From the NCBI GenBank assembly GCA_963555995.3, contig OY821641.1:1344001-1408000 (forward strand): a DNA stretch of 64,000 nucleotides. Reading direction: 5' to 3'. Made by a program: the position numbers and the translations under genes. Positions 16,401-24,174 of the stretch are shown here, piece after piece. Each line of letters starts with the position of its first letter. The stretch's first letter is position 1. This DNA comes from Vicinamibacteria bacterium. GTDB taxonomy: Bacteria > Acidobacteriota > Vicinamibacteria > Marinacidobacterales > Marinacidobacteraceae. Below the pieces are notes generated by a model that worked only from the letters and a program-made list of their open reading frames with translations, did no database searches and was not told where the DNA came from.

Positions 16401-17538
16401 GCCGTATCTGGTGGCCTCGGGGGCGCGCCATCTCACCCTGATGGACCGGGATCCGGAGCGCCGCCGGAACGCTGACTGGATCCGCCGGTCGAGCGCCCTG
16501 GCCTACCTGGACGCCCCGGTCGAGTTCGACATCGTCACCGGCGATGTCGCGGCGGAGGCGGATGTCCGGCGCTGCGTAGCGCAACTGAAGCGGCCGCTGA
16601 AGGGCGTTTTCCACCTGGCCGGCGTCCTCGACGACCGCCTGCTCGACGACCTGTCCGCGGAATCGGTGGCGCGTGTCTTCGCGCCCAAGGCCCGGGGCGC
16701 CCTCCATCTGCACGAGGCCACCCTCGATCACCCCCTTGACGCGTTCGTGCTGTTCTCGTCCACCGCCGCGGTGCTGGGCAACCCCGGACAGATCAACTAC
16801 AGCGCCGCCAACGCCTACCTCGACGGCCTCGCCGCCAGCCGCCGCCGGCAAGGGTTGCCGGGTCTGTCCTGTAACCTGGCCGCCGTCGCGGATGCCGGCA
16901 TGGCCGCCCGCAGCCTCCCGGTCCTGCGCATGATGCGGGCCGCGGGCCTGCCCCCGGTCAGCAGCGACTTCGCCATCGCCAACCTGGACTATGCGCTCCG
17001 CGCGATGCCCCACGCGGACCACCTGATCACCGCCCTGTTCGAACGTCCTTCCTGGACCGTGGATCTGCCGGACTACCTGCGCATCGGACGGCTGCTGCGC
17101 AACCGGGACGCCTTCGAGGCCGGCGCCGCAGGGGAACTGACAGTGGAGACCGTGGTTCAGGCGATCGCCGCCAAGGTCGCCGAACTCTGCGGTCACGACG
17201 AGTGCGGCGCCGAGGAGCCGCTTTCGAGTTTCGGCCTCACGTCCATCTCCGTCGCCGAACTCGGCACCTTCATCCAGACGGAGTTCAACTACCGGGTGAG
17301 CGCGCTGGAACTGATGACGACCGCATCCGCCCTCTCGCTGGCGCAGGGCATCGTCCATGGCCCGGATGAGGTCGCGGAGGACTCCGGGGACATGGGCGAC
17401 GCCCCGGTCGAGAAGGTGTCCCCCGCGGTCCGGCCGCGCGCCGCCCGCGCCCCGTCGGTTTTCGCGAACCCGCCGGAGAGCCATTTCCCGCACGGCCAGG
17501 ATGCCAGCCCGACCGTTTCCGCGATTCAGCGGGCCTGA
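10450..17538 (+). CDS. Mono-modular reducing type I PKS/FAS, SwfA-like (KS-AT-DH-pseudoMT-ER-KR-ACP, no TE)
   Basis: KS: CTACSAS, EAHATGT, KSNVGH. AT: FSGQGTQW, GHSSGE, AFHS. DH: LTDHRVHHAAIMP and LFDGGLQ. ER: LIHSAMGGVG. KR: YLVTGGLGGFG, YSAAN. ACP: FGLTSIS. Start may be 10441, 10450 or GTG 10492. Confidence 0.93.
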   Translation: MGDLRAGAGTTEGPVAAFPVAIVGYSHRLPGGLRTDEDFWRLLCEREIVQEPITDRYGRGYRPIGEFSGPGRFASPWEGLIRDDGEKLFDRSLFGLSQNETLVMDPQMRMLLTCAWETFERAGWDLHSLRNSATGVFIGAQTPPVANWRPLRGATPFDVTGLSLAMLANRVSYHFNLTGPSTTYCTACSASLTALHAAMNALRCGDCDQAVVGSVNYLGTNRLSVCFNALGVISPDGKCHSFDAEANGYLRSEGAFAYAIKPLPAAERDGDRICAVIEATAVNAAGAADDSVGLAQGRYITAPTRHAQVQLMEQAAARAGRGPEDFDYIEAHATGTVVGDRIEGNAIATAFGGVPRDVPLRISSVKSNVGHMEAAAFHCALLKVLLMLERRVFAPTSRNFLVPNPEIDFESCPMQVQTASEPFPERPVVIGINSFGFGGANGHCVVREYRPPRPSVRSVALAPEAGFMIPLSARSPAALVQSAERLRDTLGERDVDLYTLAGNLGRRRTHFATRTAFAADTREDLIAALDAFVRDPAPVANVEEGERRLAMVFSGQGTQWAGCGRELYDTEPVFRRAVDGIEAHWREHSDISLRDAAFSAPQAALDEVSLAQPVIFMIQCALVELLKTWGVYPDCVVGHSSGEVAAATASGVLSLAEATRLVYHRATEQQPTAGSGRMLAIGLDRPGVEELLHSLDVRFGDGGDERPAQVEIACENSPANTVVCGKEAALRPVMAELDRRRLQHALLPGNIAFHSTAMDPIRERALRALSFLDACGSDPDAPFVSSVTGAVTTKLDSAYWWSNIRQPVRFAAAMETVQREFRPAAVLEIAPHCALQPTIAQCLEGSPREPACLPTLMRDTDVRLGFRRTLGSLFRIGVALDFESQFPRPEPISHLLPGHPREEEAAMDIMCDNEMFVRQGEYSRGPLVGHRVPAEHPRFEARLSDQDFPWLTDHRVHHAAIMPAAGYIELVLEALGGASVHFEVLEFLQPCPVPKTPVRLQTALHPIASLPDAFTFTISSRSYDVDSRSELHCRGKVRLVAEDHRTGAPERLGEIDRTHFKPSFLADDKNFYERLEAVLSETFQYGPYFRTIQRVLVDKVSRAYLFDVEMDGGLWTTGREEGYVSCPPLFDGGLQIFLYHLLTAADLFAIPQRAEGVTFLRPPSGPRITCHVTPPRDDWMDANERGQYSVRRGERSGGSISFYDAETGDLVAHIADYTYFTSNPRWNDLPNSKHRIVWQPKSLPAGPELAGRLPPGEIEPAALIAALERPPAGEGLAAHVVELAGDREPDRTALTGCIDVLAGVHSRSEYWLVTDSEDAARACHDAFHQHDAALRFANIDPAARREPETGLLRRAAAEIVLLHGDDGALTPERWELARRLAVAGGLALVRHGEDSAVEPGAGWTMLRAGRRSTLLQAPPEYADASDAGELPGPRWVLGESGGWAPDWVSLLDRPESVYRIPEADWTGARLHAMHEWPEAVDLQAIDFFCGTDPVDPTGENLAARFIAFVQALTSRRIEHGGSRCRLTVVTRRAAHEVEDARGGVLWGAVRSMAFEVGEEAGIDFRLVDLGDSGDLETLAWLARCDLRERELAVRDGRLWAPRLVSIRERYASVPPGEACTYGLVLDNPGQIAGLQMKTRELPAPGPEDVEIEVAAAALNFRDVMVTLGLLPALAYERSALGEGIGMEAGGIVRRVGADVRQYGVGDAVAFIGSGSIANRVTVHQHLVFPKPGRLTMEEAASTLSVYVTAYYSLIHLARLGKGQRVLIHSAMGGVGQAAIALARHAGAEIYATAGSESKRERLLELGVRAAFDSHSFEWYDGLMAATGGRGVDVVLNSLAGHHIELCLQALRPGGWHCEIGKVDIYADNELGLRIFRKNLRFAAIDVDRLMLDDPKLARELSRTCLDLVGRGDLPPLPVTVFPYADYATALRRMTAGQHQGKLVLRAPEVSGDPGFPIADVRPLFDPEATYLVTGGLGGFGLRLLPYLVASGARHLTLMDRDPERRRNADWIRRSSALAYLDAPVEFDIVTGDVAAEADVRRCVAQLKRPLKGVFHLAGVLDDRLLDDLSAESVARVFAPKARGALHLHEATLDHPLDAFVLFSSTAAVLGNPGQINYSAANAYLDGLAASRRRQGLPGLSCNLAAVADAGMAARSLPVLRMMRAAGLPPVSSDFAIANLDYALRAMPHADHLITALFERPSWTVDLPDYLRIGRLLRNRDAFEAGAAGELTVETVVQAIAAKVAELCGHDECGAEEPLSSFGLTSISVAELGTFIQTEFNYRVSALELMTTASALSLAQGIVHGPDEVAEDSGDMGDAPVEKVSPAVRPRAARAPSVFANPPESHFPHGQDASPTVSAIQRA

Positions 17539-17540
17539 AC

Positions 17541-19283
17541 ATGACCAAGGCACTGCTGGTCTATCCCGCACAACCGCCGACCTACTGGGGCGCGAACTAC
17601 GCCCTGGAGATGGTGGGCATCAAGTCGGCCTTCCCGCCCTTGGGCCTGCTCACCATCGCCGCCATGTTTCCGCCGGAGTACGAGTTGCGGGTCATTGACA
17701 TGAACGTGGCGCCGCTCACGGACTCCGATCTGGAGTGGGCCGACCTGGTCTTCACCTCCACCATGATCGTCCAGCGGGTTTCCCTGCAGGCGGTCATCGA
17801 ACGCTGCAACCGCGCCGGCGTCCCCGTGATCGCCGGGGGCCCGCACCCCACCACGTTCCACGACGAGATCCCGGGCGTGGACCACTTCGTGCTGGACGAA
17901 GCGGAGGAGACCTTCCCCGGATTCCTGCGCGACCTCGAGAACGGGATCGCCCGGGCGATCTACCGGGAGCCGAGGAAGCCCGACGTCACCCGGACGCCCG
18001 TGCCCCGCTTCGACCTGATCAACCCGGACAACTACTACTCGATGGGTCTCCAGTTCTCCCGGGGCTGTCCGTTCAACTGCGAGTTCTGCGACATCACCAA
18101 GCTCTACGGCCGGGTGCCGCGGACCAAGTCGCCAGCGCAGATGGTGACCGAGTTCGAGGCGCTCTACCGGTTGGGCTGGCGGGGGCCCCTGTTCCTGGTG
18201 GACGACAACTTCATCGGCAACAAGCGGGAGGCGATGGAGCTGCTGCCGGTCCTCGCCGAGTGGCAGAAGGCCCACGGATACCCGTTTTCCCTTTCGACGG
18301 AAGCGAGCGTCAACCTGGCCCACCTGGACGAGTTGATGGACGCCATGGTCGCGTCCGGTTTCGACACCGTGTTCCTCGGCATCGAGACGCCCAACCCCAA
18401 GGCGCTGATCAAGACCAAGAAACAGCAGAACACCTCGAGGAGCGACGAGAACTTCCTGTTCAACGCGGTGCGCACGATCCAGCGGAAGGGCATCCAGGTC
18501 CAGGGCGGATTCATTCTGGGACTTGACAGCGACGACGACACGGTGTTCGACGCGCAGATCGAGTTCATCCAGCAGGCGGGAATCCCGGTCGCGCCGATCT
18601 ACCTGTTGACCGCGCTCCGCGGCACGGACATGTACCAGCGGCTGGATTCGGAGAACCGGCTGCTGGAAACGGCGATCGGCACCAATGCGATGACGCTCAA
18701 CTTCCAGCCCGAGCTGGACCCCGAGCTGCTGCTCGACGGGTATCGGCGGGTCACGGCCACCCTCTACGACGCCACCCTCGAGAACTACTTCGAGCGGTGT
18801 CTGACCCTGTTCGAGCACCTCGAACCGGTCCCGCACCTGAGGAAGCCGATGGGAGAGAACGCCATCGTCGTCGCGGCCATGCGCGTGCGCCGGCAACTAT
18901 CGCCGGAACAGATTCCCGCGTTTTCGAGGTTCATCGCCAGGGTCTCCCGCGATTTCCCGCGCCTGCTGCCCCTGGCGGTGCGGCTGGCCGGGCTCGGCTA
19001 CCACTTCGAACGGATCACCCGCCAGCAGATCCTGATCCATGACTTCAAGCTGTTTCTGGAGGCCGAGGCGGACCGGTTCCGGGAGGTGGTTGCGCCCCGC
19101 GCCGGGCGCTCGAACGACGTCCGCGGCCGCCGACAGGCCGTGTTCGCGCAGGCCGAGAAGCGCTACCGGGAGATCCCCGGCGATCTTCGCTACGACGAAG
19201 ACGGCGTTGATTTCGCCCTCGAAGCCTTCCGGTCCTCGGTGAACGCCCAGGCGGAGCGGTTCCTCCATCCGGGAAGCGCCTGA
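17541..19283 (+). CDS. B12-binding radical SAM protein (class B methyltransferase-like, SwfC-like)
   Basis: N-terminal cobalamin-binding domain (PPLGLLT, IAGGPHPT), CPFNCEFC CxxxCxxC motif, VDDNF. Starts 2 bp after the PKS stop. Confidence 0.9.
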   Translation: MTKALLVYPAQPPTYWGANYALEMVGIKSAFPPLGLLTIAAMFPPEYELRVIDMNVAPLTDSDLEWADLVFTSTMIVQRVSLQAVIERCNRAGVPVIAGGPHPTTFHDEIPGVDHFVLDEAEETFPGFLRDLENGIARAIYREPRKPDVTRTPVPRFDLINPDNYYSMGLQFSRGCPFNCEFCDITKLYGRVPRTKSPAQMVTEFEALYRLGWRGPLFLVDDNFIGNKREAMELLPVLAEWQKAHGYPFSLSTEASVNLAHLDELMDAMVASGFDTVFLGIETPNPKALIKTKKQQNTSRSDENFLFNAVRTIQRKGIQVQGGFILGLDSDDDTVFDAQIEFIQQAGIPVAPIYLLTALRGTDMYQRLDSENRLLETAIGTNAMTLNFQPELDPELLLDGYRRVTATLYDATLENYFERCLTLFEHLEPVPHLRKPMGENAIVVAAMRVRRQLSPEQIPAFSRFIARVSRDFPRLLPLAVRLAGLGYHFERITRQQILIHDFKLFLEAEADRFREVVAPRAGRSNDVRGRRQAVFAQAEKRYREIPGDLRYDEDGVDFALEAFRSSVNAQAERFLHPGSA

Positions 19284-19294
19284 ATGGCGCGTAC

Positions 19295-19500
19295 GGCTTG
19301 GAACGCCGGTCTCCAGACCGGCACGCGCGGTGCTCCGCACCGCGCACGGCGCAACTCTGACCCGCGCGGTGGCGCTCTTCTCCGTTTGCTTCTCAACGGA
19401 CTGGACGTTCCCCCGACCGAATCCCGCAACTGTGCCTGACGACTCGACATCCGCGGCCCTGCGGGCAGCTGTGCCGGCCGGGAGACCGGCGTTCCAAGCC
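19295..19500. repeat. Inverted REP pair (about 206 bp) inside the PKS cluster
   Basis: GGCTTGGAACGCCGGTCTCCAGACCGGCAC at 19295 and its near-perfect inverse ending at 19500 (2 mismatches in 30 bp). Confidence 0.85.
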
Positions 19501-19579
19501 GGTGCGCCATCGCGCGCACCGGCGGACCGTGAGGACTTCGGTGCTCACGACACTTCCACGAGAGGCTGCTGAGACCGTC

Positions 19580-22096
19580 ATGGCTGTTCCGGTGGCCGTG
19601 GACGACGCCATCGCACCGCTCGCCGGAAACCTGCCGGCGCACTGCCAGGCCGACGTCGAGACGCTGCGCCGGTTCGTTCATGCGACCGTCAGTGCGGAGT
19701 CGCCAGCTCCGGCAGTTTCTCCGAACGAGTTTCGGGACGTCCTGCTGACCGGGGCCACCGGTTTCATCGGCCGTTTCTTCCTGGCCGAGCTCCTGCGGCA
19801 GCGGACCGGGTTGCGGGTCCACTGCGTCGTCCGCTGCGACACCGCCGCCCACGGACGCGAGCGCGTTCGCGCCGCCCTCGAGCAGGCGGAAATCTGGGAC
19901 GACTCCTTCGAACCTCGCATCGAGGTGGTCGCGGGCGACATCGGCCGGCCCCGGTTCGGCCTTTCCGACGGGCAGTTCGACGTTCTCGGCCGGCGGATGG
20001 ATGCGGTCTATCACCTGGCGGCCGACATCCATCTCCAGTCTTCCTATCTCGCGATCCGCAAGATCAACACGTTCGGGGTGCGGAACGTGCTCGAACTATG
20101 CCTGCGCCAGCGCTTCAAGCATCTGTTCTACGCGTCCACCATGGGCGTGTTCCCGCAGTACTTCGGTTTTTTCGCGAACGAGTTCCGGGACGACGCGATC
20201 GGTCACCAGATGCAGCCGGACCTCGCGAAGATGAAGAAGACGTTTCCGCTGGGCCTGCTCGGCTATCCGTGGAGCAAATTGACCTCGGAACAGGCGCTCC
20301 TGTTTGCGCAGCGCGCCGGCATGCCGCTCGGGATCCTCCGGCTTCCGCAGACCAACCTGTCCAGCACGGGATACAGCCCGCCAGGCGATCCTGCCGTTCG
20401 GTTGTTCGCGGCCGCGATCCAGTGCGAAGTCCTGCCCGAGGGATTCACGTTTCGATCCAGCAACGAGGCGGTGGACACGCTGAGCCGGGTCGCGGTCGCC
20501 ATCTCCCTGAACCCGGACCGCCGGTTCACGATCTACCACTGCTGCAACCCACACCTGGATCCGTACGACCTCGAACCCGCCGATTTCGGGTTCTACTGGC
20601 CCACCGTGCCCTACGAGTCGTTCAAGCGGGCCTGCCAGGCGCGTGGCGAAGACTCACCGCTTCACGGTCACTGGGCCGTGCTCGATCACTTCGCCAAGTA
20701 CTGGTTCAGCAGGAACAAGCCGCAGCAACGGCTGCCGGTTTGCGACCGCGCCATTCGCGAAGACTGCCCCTTCCCGATCGAGTGGATGGGGACGTTGGGC
20801 AAGCTCAAGCGTTCCCACGCCTGGGTTGGGCGTCATCGTCAGGAGTGGCCGCACGCCGTCCCGCAAAGCCGCCTCGACTTCGACAGCCTCGTGGGCCAGG
20901 CCAAACGTTTTGCCGCGGAGTTGGACGTCCCCTTCGAGTCGGCCTGTCCCGGCTGGACACGCGAGGCCCTGAAGCGGCTGGTCCGGTCGCTGAGGGCGCC
21001 CGAGGCGAAGCTCCGCGAGGACAGGCTCGGCGATGTCGTGTTTGAGTTGAGCCGTTTTCTCCGCCGGCACGCCGAGCTCGCGCGGGAACGGCAACGCCAC
21101 CCGGAGATCGTGGGGGAGCGGATCGCCAGGCCGGTGTTCATCGTTGGAATGAACCGAAGCGGCACTACCTTTCTGCACCGCCTGATCGCGCGCGATCCGC
21201 GGTTCTGGGCGCTCCGGCTCTACGAACTCGTTGAGCCCGTCCTGCCGGCGGACGAGTATGCCGCCGTGGCGGGTACGCCGGACGACCCCCGGCGCGCCCG
21301 AATCGCGGAAGCGTCCCACTCCTTCGACATCTTCAAGGTGATGGAGGGTGTTCATCCCTTCGACATTGATGCGCCGGAAGAGGATTTCCCGATTTTCAAG
21401 AAGGCTTTTGTTTCCTGGAGCTTTACCGCGCAATTCAGGGTCCCGGACTACGCTCGCTGGCTCGCCGCGAACGGTTCCGGCGACGCCTATGCCTTTCATC
21501 GGCGCACGGTGCAGTACTACGCCTGGCAACGTCGTCAGGTTGGCCCCGGGCGTGTGGGGCAGTGGTTGTTCAAGATGCCCTTCCACCTGATGGAACTGGA
21601 AACCCTGCTCGAGACCTATCCCGACGCCTTCTTCATCCAGACCCATCGAGGGCCCACTCAGGTGATGGGGTCCTGGAACAGCCTGGTGGAACGGGCGCGC
21701 TCCGTTGCGATGAAACCGCTTCCCCGAGACGACCTCGGAGCCGAACAGCTGGCCTTCATGAGCGGAATGTTGAACGGGGCGGCGCGATTCCGTTCGGCCC
21801 ATCCGGAACTCGAGCACCGCTGGGCCGACGTGGCCTATGCCGATCTGATCCGCGACCCCATCGCGGTCGTCGGTGACCTCTATCGCCGGTTCGACTGGCC
21901 GCTACCGCAGACGGTGGTCGCCGCAATGAACGCGTGGCTGTCAGGGCAGGCGGAACGGCGGCGCCGCGAGGTCCGGCACCGCTACCGCCTGGAGGACTAC
22001 GGCCTCACGCCGAACGCGGTTGACGCCGCCTTCGCACCGTATCGGGAGTTCGCCGAGGCGCTGGAGATGCACGCCGCTCTTCCCGCGAAGGGCTGA
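19580..22096 (+). CDS. Thioester reductase (R) - sulfotransferase fusion, SwfB-like
   Basis: N-terminal extended SDR: VLLTGATGFIG, YHLAA, YPWSK (YxxxK). C-terminal sulfotransferase: PVFIVGMNRSGTTFLHRL (5'-PSB loop), FKMPFH, QTHRGP...VMGSW. Confidence 0.9.
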   Translation: MAVPVAVDDAIAPLAGNLPAHCQADVETLRRFVHATVSAESPAPAVSPNEFRDVLLTGATGFIGRFFLAELLRQRTGLRVHCVVRCDTAAHGRERVRAALEQAEIWDDSFEPRIEVVAGDIGRPRFGLSDGQFDVLGRRMDAVYHLAADIHLQSSYLAIRKINTFGVRNVLELCLRQRFKHLFYASTMGVFPQYFGFFANEFRDDAIGHQMQPDLAKMKKTFPLGLLGYPWSKLTSEQALLFAQRAGMPLGILRLPQTNLSSTGYSPPGDPAVRLFAAAIQCEVLPEGFTFRSSNEAVDTLSRVAVAISLNPDRRFTIYHCCNPHLDPYDLEPADFGFYWPTVPYESFKRACQARGEDSPLHGHWAVLDHFAKYWFSRNKPQQRLPVCDRAIREDCPFPIEWMGTLGKLKRSHAWVGRHRQEWPHAVPQSRLDFDSLVGQAKRFAAELDVPFESACPGWTREALKRLVRSLRAPEAKLREDRLGDVVFELSRFLRRHAELARERQRHPEIVGERIARPVFIVGMNRSGTTFLHRLIARDPRFWALRLYELVEPVLPADEYAAVAGTPDDPRRARIAEASHSFDIFKVMEGVHPFDIDAPEEDFPIFKKAFVSWSFTAQFRVPDYARWLAANGSGDAYAFHRRTVQYYAWQRRQVGPGRVGQWLFKMPFHLMELETLLETYPDAFFIQTHRGPTQVMGSWNSLVERARSVAMKPLPRDDLGAEQLAFMSGMLNGAARFRSAHPELEHRWADVAYADLIRDPIAVVGDLYRRFDWPLPQTVVAAMNAWLSGQAERRRREVRHRYRLEDYGLTPNAVDAAFAPYREFAEALEMHAALPAKG

Positions 22097-22266
22097 TTTC
22101 CGGGACCAGTTCCTGTGGGACGCCGCGGATCGTGAGCAACCCGGCCAGCGAGATCGCGAACAGGAGGAGGTTCGCCGCGACCCGGTTCCTGACGAACCAG
22201 GCGATCGCTCCGCCCGACGGAGGCCCGCCGGATCGTCCGCGCCGCCTTCCCCACCGGCGCGGTCAT
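22089..22266 (-). pseudogene. Truncated 5' remnant of an RND permease gene
   Basis: Minus strand 22211-22089 encodes GAIAWFVRNRVAANLLLFAISLAGLLTIRGVPQELVPEISP, paralogous to the N-terminus of 75-3275. GAGGAG RBS and ATG at 22266 are out of frame. Homology stops at the R-ST stop codon. Confidence 0.8.
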
Positions 22267-22350
22267 CTTCTCGCTCCTCATCCGGCGACCCGACCGCGGC
22301 CTCGGTGGCCGCTGCCGGTTCCGGCAGGCCGTTCCGGCGGAGCGCCGGGA

Positions 22351-24174
22351 CTATTCGAGAGAGTCCAGCACGCGCTGGACGCAGCGTTCCGCCGACTCGG
22401 CCCCGGCGTCGAGACGGAGGTCCGGCGCCTCGGGCGGCTCGTAGGGGCTGCCGATCCCGGTGAAGTTCTTCACCTCGCCGCGCCGCGCCCGGGCGTAGAG
22501 GCCCTTCGGGTCCCGGGCCTCGCAGGTGTCGAGCGGAGCGTCCACGAAGATCTCGTGGAAATCGCCGGGTTCGAAGCGGCCGCGCGCGAACTCGCGCTCC
22601 GCGCGATAGGGACTGATGAAGGCCACGATCACGATCAGTCCGGCGTCCACCATGAGGCGGGCGACCTCGGCTACGCGGCGGATGTTCTCGGCGCGGTCGG
22701 CCTCGGTGAACCCGAGGTCCCGGTTCAGGCCGTGGCGGACGTTGTCCCCGTCCAGGACAAACGTGTGGCGGCCCTCGGCGGCGAGCCGCTTTTCGAGCAG
22801 GTTGGCGATCGTGGACTTCCCCGACCCGGACAGTCCGGTCAGCCACAGGCAGCGCGGGCGCTGCGCCTTGGCGCGGGCGCGGAGTTCCGGGGTGACCTCG
22901 AACTCCTGCCAGCGGAGGTTGGCGGCCCGCATCAGCGGGAAGCGGATCATCCCGGCGCCCACCGTGGCTCCGGTCCGCCGTTCCAGCAGGATGAAACCGC
23001 CGAGGATGCGGTTCTCGTCATGACGGGCGAAGGGCAGGGATTGGTCGGTCGCCAGGTTGACGCAACCGATGTCGTTCAGCCCGAAAGTGGGCGCCGGACG
23101 GGTCCGTCCGTCCACCACGTCCAGCCGGTGCTTGATCCGGGTGACCGTGACACCGGTTTCCCGGGTGTGGAGCTTCAGCAGGTAGGGACGGCCGACGACC
23201 AGCGGTTCGTCGCCCATCCAGAGGAGATGCGTCTGGAACTGGTCCGCCACCTCGACGGGATCATCCGCCGCCGCGATCACGTCGCCGCGGCTCACGTCGC
23301 GCTCGTCCTTCAGCACCAGGGTGACCGAATCGCCGCGCCCGGCCCGTTTGCGTTCCCCTTTCCAGACGACGATCCGCTCGATTTCGGTTTCCGTGCCCGC
23401 GGGGAAGATCCGCACCCGGTCGCCGGTCGAGACCGCGCCCGACGCGATCCTGCCGCAGTAGCCGCGAAAGTCGGAACTCGGCCGGTTCACGTACTGGACC
23501 GGCATCCGGAAGGACTCGTTCGCGCCGGGAGGCGCGACTTCCACCGTTTCCAGGTGATCGAGGAGCGTCGGCCCGGAATACCAGGCAGTCTTCCTTCCCG
23601 CCTTCGTCACGTTTTCGCCGGTGAGCGCCGACAGCGGAATCGCCTGCGTGGCGGTGATTCCGGTGCTTTGCGCCACTGCCCGGTAGGCGTCGGTGACGGC
23701 CTCGAAACGGGCCGGGTCCCAGCCGACGCGGTCCATCTTGTTCACCGCGAGGACCACGTGACGGATGCCGAACATTCCCGCGATCCGGCTGTGCCGGGCG
23801 GTCTGGGGAAGCACGCCCTTCTCCGCGTCCACGAGGACGACGGCGACGTCAGCCACGGAGGCGCCGGTCGCCATGTTGCGGGTGTACTGCTCGTGGCCGG
23901 GCGCGTCCGCCACGAAGAACGCCCGGCTGGGCGTCTCGAAGCGGCGGTAGGCGACGTCGATGGTGATGCCCTGTTCCCTTTCGGCCATCAACCCGTCCAT
24001 GAGGAGCGCGAGGTCGGTGGCGTCGCCCTGGGTCCCGTAGCGGCGTGACGCTTCCTCGGCGGCCCGGAACTGGTCCTCGAAAACCGCCCCGCATTCGTGG
24101 AGCAGCCGGCCGATAAGGGTGCTCTTGCCGTCGTCCACACTCCCGCACAGGACGAGCCGGAGGGGAGGGAGCAT
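22351..24174 (-). CDS. cysNC: Bifunctional sulfate adenylyltransferase subunit 1 / adenylylsulfate kinase (CysNC/NodQ)
   Basis: GSVDDGKST, EREQGITIDVAYR, DAPGHEQYTRNM and NKMD GTPase motifs. C-terminal APS kinase WLTGLSGSGKST, LDGDNVRHGL. Confidence 0.95.
   Translation of the reverse strand: MLPPLRLVLCGSVDDGKSTLIGRLLHECGAVFEDQFRAAEEASRRYGTQGDATDLALLMDGLMAEREQGITIDVAYRRFETPSRAFFVADAPGHEQYTRNMATGASVADVAVVLVDAEKGVLPQTARHSRIAGMFGIRHVVLAVNKMDRVGWDPARFEAVTDAYRAVAQSTGITATQAIPLSALTGENVTKAGRKTAWYSGPTLLDHLETVEVAPPGANESFRMPVQYVNRPSSDFRGYCGRIASGAVSTGDRVRIFPAGTETEIERIVVWKGERKRAGRGDSVTLVLKDERDVSRGDVIAAADDPVEVADQFQTHLLWMGDEPLVVGRPYLLKLHTRETGVTVTRIKHRLDVVDGRTRPAPTFGLNDIGCVNLATDQSLPFARHDENRILGGFILLERRTGATVGAGMIRFPLMRAANLRWQEFEVTPELRARAKAQRPRCLWLTGLSGSGKSTIANLLEKRLAAEGRHTFVLDGDNVRHGLNRDLGFTEADRAENIRRVAEVARLMVDAGLIVIVAFISPYRAEREFARGRFEPGDFHEIFVDAPLDTCEARDPKGLYARARRGEVKNFTGIGSPYEPPEAPDLRLDAGAESAERCVQRVLDSLE

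Noticed and set aside
10385-22100. Target-site duplication, att sites or integrase flanking the PKS cluster
   Set aside because: No matching direct repeats were seen at the two ends, and there is no integrase, transposase or tRNA in the window.
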